The notes under the pieces were generated by a model. It searched no databases. It was given only the letters and a program-made list of their open reading frames with translations, and had not been told where the DNA came from. DNA of 64,000 nt from Elusimicrobiota bacterium (GTDB taxonomy: Bacteria > Elusimicrobiota > Elusimicrobia > UBA1565). Location of the stretch: the NCBI GenBank assembly GCA_043827405.1, contig JBDRPD010000050.1:1-64000 (forward strand). The letters are read 5' to 3'. Below, one piece after another: positions 1-7,073 of this stretch. Within the stretch, counting starts at the first letter, position 1; each line of letters starts with the position of its first letter. Made by a program: the position numbers and the translations under genes.

Positions 1-1
1 C

Positions 2-265
2 AAGCAGCGCTTCTTCTTCCCGCTGCGGCTCATCCCCGTCTCGCCGGGCTGGTCCGGGCTCTTCAGCTGGGGCTTCCCGTCCGTCATGTGGGAAGCCGGG
101 CTCCTTCTGCCGCCGGCGCTCGCCGGCTTTGTGCTGGGGACTCGCTGGCCCGGCAAGATCAGCTGGCCGGTCATCGGCGCGCTCCTCGTCTTGACGGTCG
201 TCGTCTGGCTGATGCGCGTGCGGTTCCTCTTGGGCAACGACATGGGCTTCCTCCTCGGCCGCTAG
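2..265 (+). CDS. 3' end of a membrane protein, possibly a DUF457/YdjM-type metal-dependent hydrolase (partial)
   Basis: Open frame from position 2, KQRFFFPLRLIPVSPGW...LLGR, stop TAG 263-265. Hydrophobic; RFFFPxRxIPVSP resembles this family's C-terminus. Not in the ORF track. Confidence 0.55.
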   Translation, partial: KQRFFFPLRLIPVSPGWSGLFSWGFPSVMWEAGLLLPPALAGFVLGTRWPGKISWPVIGALLVLTVVVWLMRVRFLLGNDMGFLLGR

Positions 266-351
266 GCCGTGGGCGCCGCGCTCCGCGTCATGCCTAGATG
301 CCCCCCTAGAACTCTTCCAGGATTCTCACTACACTTAGACTAGAATGCCCA

Positions 352-427
352 GTCTAACAAGCGCTTAAGCCGACCGTTTGTTAGGCCGCGCCGCCGGGTA
401 GCGACGGCTGAGCGTACCCCGTTAGCC
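352..427 (+). mobile_element. attC: integron attC site 1
   Basis: R'' GTCTAAC 352-358, L'' CTTAAGCC, L' GGCTGAG, R' GTTAGCC 421-427. Confidence 0.85.
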
Positions 428-443
428 GGAGGATGTAACAGAT

Positions 444-1004
444 TTGAGCATTAGGCAATTTGCATCAGAATTGACTCAGGCGTTGGCCCGAGAGAAGCTC
501 CCAGCAGGGATTGCGCGAGAGGATGACTTCGAGAAGCGGGTTGTTATCCCATTGGCTGTCCGTATTGCTTCACGACATTCGGACGTATTGCTCTATACGC
601 ATCCCTTTGGAAATAAGGCATATTGCAAGCCAGCGTGCTCAAAGAAACCGCCGGGGAATTCAGGCAGAGTCGTAGGTTGTCCAAAATGTTGGGCTGCCAG
701 TAAGGAGTGGGCATCCGTTGCGGCATTTGGCACGCACCATAGTTTCGACCTAGCGGCGAAAGACAACAAGGAATCTCTTGCGGTTGAACTCAAGATGGTT
801 AAGGCAACGAATGGACGGATGCCAAACGGAGAAATTCAACGGTTCCTAGGACAGTGCTCATTAGCCGCCAGCAAGCATGACATCACAATTGGAGTATTCG
901 GACACCGGGGCAAACTCAACGATAAATGGCGCCGTGACACCGAATCAGTTAGAAAGGCATTTGGGAATAGGAATATACGGCTTGTTTTCAGAGAGGTCGT
1001 TTGA
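444..1004 (+). CDS. cassette 1: PD-(D/E)XK nuclease-like protein with a Cys-rich insert
   Basis: SFDLAAK...LAVELK motif; CxxxC and CxxC pairs; GGAGG upstream of TTG; bounded by GTTAGCC...GGCTAAC. Confidence 0.6.
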   Translation: MSIRQFASELTQALAREKLPAGIAREDDFEKRVVIPLAVRIASRHSDVLLYTHPFGNKAYCKPACSKKPPGNSGRVVGCPKCWAASKEWASVAAFGTHHSFDLAAKDNKESLAVELKMVKATNGRMPNGEIQRFLGQCSLAASKHDITIGVFGHRGKLNDKWRRDTESVRKAFGNRNIRLVFREVV

Positions 1005-1013
1005 AGGTGCCCC

Positions 1014-1088
1014 GGCTAACAATGGCTTCAGCTGACCGCCGCTCGGGTTATACTTCCAGGTGGCGCCAGCTGAGCGTAAGCGTTAGAC
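1014..1088 (+). mobile_element. attC: integron attC site 2
   Basis: GGCTAAC 1014-1020, CTTCAGCT...AGCTGAG, GTTAGAC 1082-1088. Confidence 0.9.
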
Positions 1089-1121
1089 TGAGAGGCGTAC
1101 GCTTTTACGAGGGGACGTCAT

Positions 1122-2438
1122 ATGGCGAATTTTAGGCGCCTCGTCTTCCTGGGATACTCCGCAGTTTCCCTTTTGGGCTGCGGGCAAGACCCCTCCTCCA
1201 CAGAACTTGAGTCGATAAAAAATAGTGTGGGCGCTGATTCCTCGGGGGTCTATGATCTGCGTGGAAGCTCGGATTCCGCCTCTTACGAGGATCTGAAACC
1301 ATTTAAACGCATGGTCGGGGATGCGGGAATTGTCGCTCTTGGCGAGAGCATGCATGCTTCGGGGGGCTACTACAGGACGAAGGCTCGGATGATCCGATTT
1401 CTGGTGGAAGAGGAGGGGTTTCGCGGAGTGATGTTCGAGTCACCCTGGGGCGACGCGGAAAGGACCGCTCAATATGTTCTCACATGCCGAGATTCCCCCG
1501 AAGCGGCCATGGAAGGCCTCTTTGAGGTGTGGCATTCGGAAAGCGTGCGAGACCTACTTCGGTGGCTCTGCGAGTTTAACCAGAAGCACCCCAAGGATCC
1601 GGTGCGTTTCGCGGGATTCGATGTCCAGCAACCCTGGCACGACTGGCAGGTATTGAGAGACTTTCTCGAGTCCATCAAAGACAGCTCAAAGGAAAAATTG
1701 ATGGGTGGGATTTCCGCCTGCCCCGGTGTCGGAATGATGTCGTATGAAGAAGCGATGGCATCAGGCTTGCGCGACAAGCCATATCCAAGGGATCAGCGTC
1801 GACGATGTCGAAATGGTTTGCGCGCTATTCACCGCCGGCTTCAAGATATTAGGGGCGACCCCGCTCAGGCGAAGGCGGATGCTCTTCTTGAAACCGCCGA
1901 ATTGTCACTGGAAGGTCTTGGGGTGTGGCAGGATGTGCTTCACTACGGCCGCAGCCTATTGGGTTTTCATAAGGCTTTCGATTTGCGGGATCGGGCGATG
2001 GCGAACACGCTCGTGAAGTTGCGGAAATCAAAGCTGAAGGAAGCGAGGACGGTTGTTTGGGCTGCAAACGGCCACATAGGGAGAGGCAGAAAGAAGTTCT
2101 TTGGAGGGCTTATTAGGGTTAAGCCGATGGGCGCACATCTTGCGGACAAACTAGGCAAGAAATATGTCCCAGTAGGATTGATTTCATATGAGACCGAAAT
2201 CAACTGGGGCGGAAAGTCTAACCCGCCTGTTCACGCGGAACCTGATTCGATTGAGTTCATACTGCACGGCGTAGGCAGACCGTTTCTTCTGGTGGATTTA
2301 CCGCTAGCTGAGGGGAAGCGGGGGTTTCTTAAGCCTGGACGAAAATATGCTGTGGATTACGTTCGAATTGTCCCAATCCGCCATTTTCAAGGACTTGTTT
2401 TTTTAGATCACTCAGCACCCCGGAGGCTCATCGAATAG
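1122..2438 (+). CDS. cassette 2: erythromycin esterase (Ere) family protein, lipoprotein-like N-terminus
   Basis: IVALGESMH, FLVEEEGF, FAGFDVQ, RDRAMA and VVWAANGHI match Ere-family motifs; SLLGC lipobox-like. Confidence 0.85.
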   Translation: MANFRRLVFLGYSAVSLLGCGQDPSSTELESIKNSVGADSSGVYDLRGSSDSASYEDLKPFKRMVGDAGIVALGESMHASGGYYRTKARMIRFLVEEEGFRGVMFESPWGDAERTAQYVLTCRDSPEAAMEGLFEVWHSESVRDLLRWLCEFNQKHPKDPVRFAGFDVQQPWHDWQVLRDFLESIKDSSKEKLMGGISACPGVGMMSYEEAMASGLRDKPYPRDQRRRCRNGLRAIHRRLQDIRGDPAQAKADALLETAELSLEGLGVWQDVLHYGRSLLGFHKAFDLRDRAMANTLVKLRKSKLKEARTVVWAANGHIGRGRKKFFGGLIRVKPMGAHLADKLGKKYVPVGLISYETEINWGGKSNPPVHAEPDSIEFILHGVGRPFLLVDLPLAEGKRGFLKPGRKYAVDYVRIVPIRHFQGLVFLDHSAPRRLIE

Positions 2439-2505
2439 AATATGGCGCGAAGCGATCCCTAGCAGTCTTTCCTGATTCGCGCTAAACTTAAACAAGAAGC
2501 TGCCC

Positions 2506-2582
2506 GTCTAACATTCGCTTCTGCCGACACGGCACCCGCGAGGAAGACCAATTGTGCCGGCAGCTGAGCCTCAGCGTTAGAC
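2506..2582 (+). mobile_element. attC: integron attC site 3
   Basis: GTCTAAC 2506-2512 ... AGCTGAG ... GTTAGAC 2576-2582. Confidence 0.9.
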
Positions 2583-2598
2583 CGAAGCAGGGCATCCC

Positions 2599-2633
2599 TT
2601 GACAGATACGTATATTGTACATATAATATACAT
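2599..2633 (+). promoter_or_regulatory. consensus sigma70 promoter and imperfect palindromic operator of the TA cassette
   Basis: TTGACA 2599-2604, 17 nt, TATAAT 2622-2627, ATG 6 nt later; GTATATT-N8-AATATAC palindrome overlaps the -10. Confidence 0.85.
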
Positions 2634-2918
2634 ATGAAAGGAATCACCTTCGAGTGGGACATGAAAAAGAATGCTTCGAACAAGCGCAAGCATGGCGTTT
2701 CATTCGAAGAGGCGCAGACAGCGTTTTATGATGAAAACGCTATGCGGTTTTATGATCCAGACCACTCCAAGGACGAGGACAGGTTTATCCTGCTGGGCAT
2801 GAGCCTGAAATTGCGAGTTCTCATTGTCTGTCACTGCTATCGAGAAGGTGATGACGTTATTCGGATCTTCTCGGCAAGGAAAGCCGACAAACGTGAAGAG
2901 AAGAGTTACTGGAGGTGA
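2634..2918 (+). CDS. brnT: cassette 3: BrnT family toxin
   Basis: FEWDMKKNASNKRKHGVSFEEA...EDRFILLG...IRIFSARKA. Confidence 0.92.
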   Translation: MKGITFEWDMKKNASNKRKHGVSFEEAQTAFYDENAMRFYDPDHSKDEDRFILLGMSLKLRVLIVCHCYREGDDVIRIFSARKADKREEKSYWR

Positions 2919-2924
2919 TGAAAA

Positions 2925-3140
2925 ATGAGAGAACACTACGACTTTTCAAAAATGAAGGGAGAGAGAAATCCCTATGTTTCGAAACTGAAGCAACCAATCA
3001 CCATCCGCCTAGACAAAGACACCGTCTCTTACTTCAAGGCGATGGCGAACGAAGTTGGCATGCCATATCAAAACCTCATTAATCTCTACTTGAGAGACTG
3101 CGCACTGCATCAGAAAAAATTGAATTGTGTTTGGAAGTAG
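2925..3140 (+). CDS. brnA: cassette 3: BrnA/CopG-like antitoxin
   Basis: MREHYDFS...KQPITIRLD...YFK...PYQNLINLYL; directly downstream of brnT. Confidence 0.88.
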   Translation: MREHYDFSKMKGERNPYVSKLKQPITIRLDKDTVSYFKAMANEVGMPYQNLINLYLRDCALHQKKLNCVWK

Positions 3141-3144
3141 CTCG

Positions 3145-3219
3145 GTCTAGCGATAGCTTCAGCTGGCCGCATCTTCAGGAGGGCTGCTTAGCGGCGCCAG
3201 CTGAGCGTAAGCGTTAGGC
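3145..3219 (+). mobile_element. attC: integron attC site 4 (variant R'' box)
   Basis: GTCTAGC 3145-3151, CTTCAGCT...AGCTGAG, GTTAGGC 3213-3219; shares GGCGCCAGCTGAGCGTAAGCGTTAG with attC2. Confidence 0.85.
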
Positions 3220-3236
3220 AAAAACCAGGAGGGAAG

Positions 3237-4481
3237 ATGAAGGAGATTATCTGCTTGGGCTTATTGCTTTCGGCGCCCGCGGCTGGCAACGCGGCGAGAC
3301 CCGTTCCCCAGTTCGAACTCCAGATTAAGCCGATAAATCTAGAGGAACCCCGTTTTGTAGTCAGCGGCTCCATCCAGTATTGCGCCGATACCGGGGAAAA
3401 AGTCTTCTTCTATGTTCCCAAGGGGTCAGCCTTCAACTTCACGCGAAATGGCGCGGCGATCGACGTTGCCTCTAAAAAGGGGGTTGATTGGCCGTGTGAT
3501 AGAAGTGATCCCGAAAGCGCTCCCATTACTTTCGAGGGGACTTCCCCCACGATTACTGGAAAATGCGGCGCGTCCCACCAAGAGATTTATTGCCGCAATA
3601 ACAGTATCCCCAATCCGGAAGTCTTAGCCCCCTGGAGTCGGTACCGAATCCAGTTTGACTTGCCCGAGGGCTATGATGCTCTCTCCCCCGATCCTTCGAT
3701 TCAACTAAACAACGGCATCGAATTTCAGATCGCCGAATTTAGCCCTCCTCAATTTCGTGAGACAGAGCGGATGATGTTCGAATATAGGTTTCCAAAGGGT
3801 TTTTCCCCCGAAAAAAAATACCTGGACTTCATTGAAGCAACGCTGGAACGCTACCTCGACAGGTTCGGCGCTTTGCCTTTCCAAAAGCTAAAGGTGGGAG
3901 CTATCCGGCGCGGTGAGGACACTGGGGAGATCAGCGGTAGTCCTGCGGGAAACTTGATCCTTTTTTCGAGGTCGACTTTTGCGGGCAATACTAGCGGGGC
4001 TAATCTTGGGAGTATCGGGATCCATCGTGATGCTTCCGACGCCTTGAGAAAACTGGTGATCGCCCATGAGCTTTCGCACTTTTGGTTTGGAACCAACTTC
4101 ACAGGCAAGGACGGGTGGATGGTTGAAGGCATCCCTAACTACCTCGGATTGGTCGCCGTTGGGAAAGACTCGGCGGAAGACTACGCCGACATACGCAAGT
4201 ATTTCAAATACATGGCCGCCCAGGGACCGAAGGACGCCATCGCCGACCAACCCTTCGGAGGCGGACCCCTTTACTTTAAGGCCTATTTTCAAGGACCCCT
4301 GGCTCTGGCTGAACTCGGCGAAGTGGTCGGGCACGACGAGATCGTCGAGCTGATCACCGGGGTTTATCAAAAAAATAACAATCCGTCGTTTGTTGATTTC
4401 GATCGCGCCTTTAAGCAAGTGTTCCCCTCACAATCGGCTCTTTGGGATCGCTCTTGGAGAATTACGGCTTCGCCCCAGTAG
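3237..4481 (+). CDS. cassette 4: secreted M1/gluzincin-like metallopeptidase
   Basis: Signal peptide; IAHELSHFWFG...WMVEGIPNY and a downstream Y..G motif. Confidence 0.75.
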   Translation: MKEIICLGLLLSAPAAGNAARPVPQFELQIKPINLEEPRFVVSGSIQYCADTGEKVFFYVPKGSAFNFTRNGAAIDVASKKGVDWPCDRSDPESAPITFEGTSPTITGKCGASHQEIYCRNNSIPNPEVLAPWSRYRIQFDLPEGYDALSPDPSIQLNNGIEFQIAEFSPPQFRETERMMFEYRFPKGFSPEKKYLDFIEATLERYLDRFGALPFQKLKVGAIRRGEDTGEISGSPAGNLILFSRSTFAGNTSGANLGSIGIHRDASDALRKLVIAHELSHFWFGTNFTGKDGWMVEGIPNYLGLVAVGKDSAEDYADIRKYFKYMAAQGPKDAIADQPFGGGPLYFKAYFQGPLALAELGEVVGHDEIVELITGVYQKNNNPSFVDFDRAFKQVFPSQSALWDRSWRITASPQ

Positions 4482-4506
4482 GACGAGTCTTGGGATTTGG
4501 TGTTTT

Positions 4507-4596
4507 GCCTAACACACGCTTGATCCGACGAGCGCGGAAAAGAAGAGCATGGAGGACGACTAATAGCGCTCGCGGCTCAGCGCTGAGGCGTTGAGA
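4507..4596 (+). mobile_element. attC: integron attC site 5 (last in array)
   Basis: GCCTAAC 4507-4513, CGAGCGC/GCGCTCG stem, GTT at 4590-4592. Confidence 0.8.
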
Positions 4597-4688
4597 CTGT
4601 AGAAAAACTCCTCGCCGTCGGCGAAATCCCCCTTCCTCGTCGAAAAATTATCCGCCAGAATGAAGCCAAGCCCGCCCCGGAGAGCCAT

Positions 4689-5027
4689 ATGGAACACATT
4701 AAAGAATCCGACTGGAAACTGCTCCGCCGCCTCCAGCCTAAAGCACTGGACCGCCTCTGCAAGTGCGCACTCGACGACATCGCTAAAATCTCCACCAAGC
4801 GTTCTTTCTCCCATTATGAGCGCTTCCAAAAAGCGTTCGCCCTGCTCCAAGACCGCAACGCCGACATGGCACGGGCGTTCGACAACCTGCGCCGATCCTC
4901 GGCGCTCCCGCAGTTGTCATATATGGTTCATCTCGACCTGCTCGCCAAAGATGAACTCGCGGAATTCAGCGCCGAGACCCGCGATTTTCTCTCCGCCGCT
5001 CGCCGAGCCGCCCGGTATCACAAATGA
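4689..5027 (+). CDS. hypothetical protein
   Basis: 112 aa ORF with GGAG SD; ATGA-coupled to the next gene. Confidence 0.7.
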   Translation: MEHIKESDWKLLRRLQPKALDRLCKCALDDIAKISTKRSFSHYERFQKAFALLQDRNADMARAFDNLRRSSALPQLSYMVHLDLLAKDELAEFSAETRDFLSAARRAARYHK

Positions 5028-5701
5028 CCCGAGCCAAGACAAACGCACTCGACCGCAGCAAGGTCGCTAAGGAAGTGCGCGCTTTCCTCGACAAGCGCCG
5101 CCCACCCGAGCGCCTACGCGACAAGCTCGACTACGGATTCCACTTCCACAACCGCAGCGTGGAGCTCTACGAGATCCGCCCACGATACAACGATCACAGT
5201 AAAAAGACGGAGCTCGCGTTCGCGAAAGCCACCTACGTCAAATCGCGCGGGATAGTGCAGGAGTTCGAGATATCCCAAACAGAGATCAGCTTCGCGCTGG
5301 AGCGCTGCCTAAACTCCAGCCTAATGGACTACTCAAAAAAGCGTGTCCTGCGACAGCCGCTCCTGGAATTCATCACGCACGGATTAAAATACGTTTTCCC
5401 CGCCCAGCCTGGTCCTATTTGCCGCGGCATACCAACCTCTCACTCGACGACGCCGCTATCCAAATGCATCGTATCCAGCGAAAACAACCAATATGTCTGG
5501 CCGCACGGCGACGGCAAAGTGCGCGGACAGGCCATCATGCCAATATATCCCACAGCTCCGGATGCGGCGCTAAAAGATCCCCAACTCCATGAAATGCTGG
5601 CTCTTGTCGACGCCCTGCGCGTAGGTCGCGCCCGAGAACGGAAAATCGGCCGCGAGGAGTTGGAGCTAAGAATCATGGGGCCGCCACAAGCCGGCGAATA
5701 A
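5024..5701 (+). pseudogene. chimeric ORF: DUF3024-like N-terminus fused to the C-terminal part of an HTH-family hypothetical protein
   Basis: SVELYEIRP...AKATYVK resembles DUF3024 but lacks the following WKIYW segment; switches near 5254 to ISQTEIS...EFITHGLKYVFP...LALVDALRVGRARE. Confidence 0.55.
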
Positions 5702-5714
5702 AACCTCCCGGCCC

Positions 5715-5762
5715 TTGAAATCGTTGTATTCTCATACTACAATTGTTGTATAACATGACAAC
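5715..5762 (+). promoter_or_regulatory. promoter and inverted-repeat operators of the MNT-HEPN operon
   Basis: TTGAAA 5715-5720, 17 nt, TACAAT 5738-5743; inverted repeats TTGTA-N9-TACAA and TGTTGT-N8-ACAACA. Confidence 0.65.
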
Positions 5763-6339
5763 AAGCCCCATCTTCTCAATTGCGTCCTCTTCTCTGCGCC
5801 GTCGACTCCTCGCCTACTACTTCTCAAACCCCGAGCAGCGCCTCTACCTGCGCGAGCTCGCCCGCCTGATTAATGCCGATCCCGGCAACCTATCCAAAGA
5901 ACTAAAGCGCCTCGAAAAAGAAGGCGTCTTCCTCTCCGAGAAGCGCGGCAATCAGCGGCACTACTCCCTCAACCAGGACTACAACCTCTACCACGAATTA
6001 AAATCCATCGTCGGCAAGACGATCGGCGTTCAAGGAGCGCTCACCGGCTTCTTCCGCAATATCCCCGGAATCCAAAAAGCCTTCATCTACGGCTCATTCG
6101 CCAAGGGCGAGGAGCGCCCCGGCTCGGATGTGGATATCTGCCTCATTGTGAAAAAACCGCCGTTCACCGAGAAGCCGCTCCTGGAAGGAATCAAGAAACT
6201 CGAGAACGAGCTAGGCCGCGAAGTCTCCTACGTCTACTTCACTGAACAGGAATGGAAAGCCAAGCAGCGCAAAAACGACAGCTTCGTCCGCGGCGTCCAG
6301 CGCGGAAAAAGGATAGAATTGTTCGATGCCGGAAATTGA
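5755..6339 (+). CDS. winged-HTH plus minimal nucleotidyltransferase (MNT) antitoxin
   Basis: YLRELARL...LKRLEKEG HTH; AFIYGSFAKG...SDVDI motif. Confidence 0.88.
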   Translation: MTTSPIFSIASSSLRRRLLAYYFSNPEQRLYLRELARLINADPGNLSKELKRLEKEGVFLSEKRGNQRHYSLNQDYNLYHELKSIVGKTIGVQGALTGFFRNIPGIQKAFIYGSFAKGEERPGSDVDICLIVKKPPFTEKPLLEGIKKLENELGREVSYVYFTEQEWKAKQRKNDSFVRGVQRGKRIELFDAGN

Positions 6340-6775
6340 TTTCGCAGACCTGATCAAATCCCACCAACTGAAGCGGGAGCCCGCGATCGGACAAGACTAA
6401 GTCGACCGCCTGCTCAAGCGCGCACAACAGGACTTGGAGTCGGCGGAAAAAATAAAGCCGACCGATGAAGCGGCCGCCATGGACCTCGCTTATAAGGCGA
6501 TGTTTCACGCCGCTAACGCCCTCTTAGGAAAGCATAAGCTGCGCCCAGGGCCGGTCCGTCAACATCTGGGCGTCATCGAGGCTGCGACCCGAATTCTCCC
6601 ATCAGATGCGGAAACGCACCTCCTCAAGTTCGACCGCCTAAGACGCCGCCGCAACCTGTTCGAGTATCAGGGAGTGTTCGAGATGGGAAGCGTTGAGTTG
6701 AACGAAGCGCTCACCAACGCGCGTGAGCTGGTCAAAATTATCAAACGCGAAGTCTCCAAAAAGTCTCCACTTTAG
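6326..6775 (+). pseudogene. HEPN domain protein interrupted by an in-frame TAA at 6398-6400
   Basis: ATG 6326 overlaps the MNT stop; MPEIDF...GQD*VDRLLKRAQQDLESA...AYKAMFHAANALL...RRRRNLFEY in one frame. Confidence 0.8.
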
Positions 6776-6903
6776 GTCCAAATCAGGCCATTTTCGGCCT
6801 TTTCCAGACCCTTTGCCACAAGGTCATCCCTTGCGGCTTTCTCTTGGATTTTTCAGGCTTATCGACGGGAGGCGAGGGCTCTTTCGGCGCCGGCTGGGAG
6901 CCT

Positions 6904-6940
6904 TTACAAGGCGGTTGCTCTACCCCTGAGCTACGCCGGC
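6904..6940 (-). pseudogene. 5' half of tRNA-Thr(UGU)
   Basis: Minus strand GCCGGCG TA GCTC AGGGGTA GAGC A ACCGC CT TGT AA; no 3' anticodon stem or T-arm follows. Confidence 0.8.
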
Positions 6941-7073
6941 AATGGGTATATTTTACTTGATAATTCCCTGAGCGCGAAGAACCGCTGATGAAACGCCGCT
7001 TTCGCCAGACAGCGGCCGCTCGACGCAGGCCCTCGCCTCTTTAAGACCCAAACCACGCAACTGGACTGCGCGC

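Noticed and set aside
380..386. GTTAGGC as an extra core site
   Set aside because: It lies inside attC1, too close to R'' and without an L' box.
6773..6830. Additional copy of the paired-palindrome motif
   Set aside because: Half-sites are present but spacing is inconsistent and there is no downstream gene.
1..6940. Integron integrase or island integrase
   Set aside because: No ORF with tyrosine-recombinase motifs anywhere in the window.
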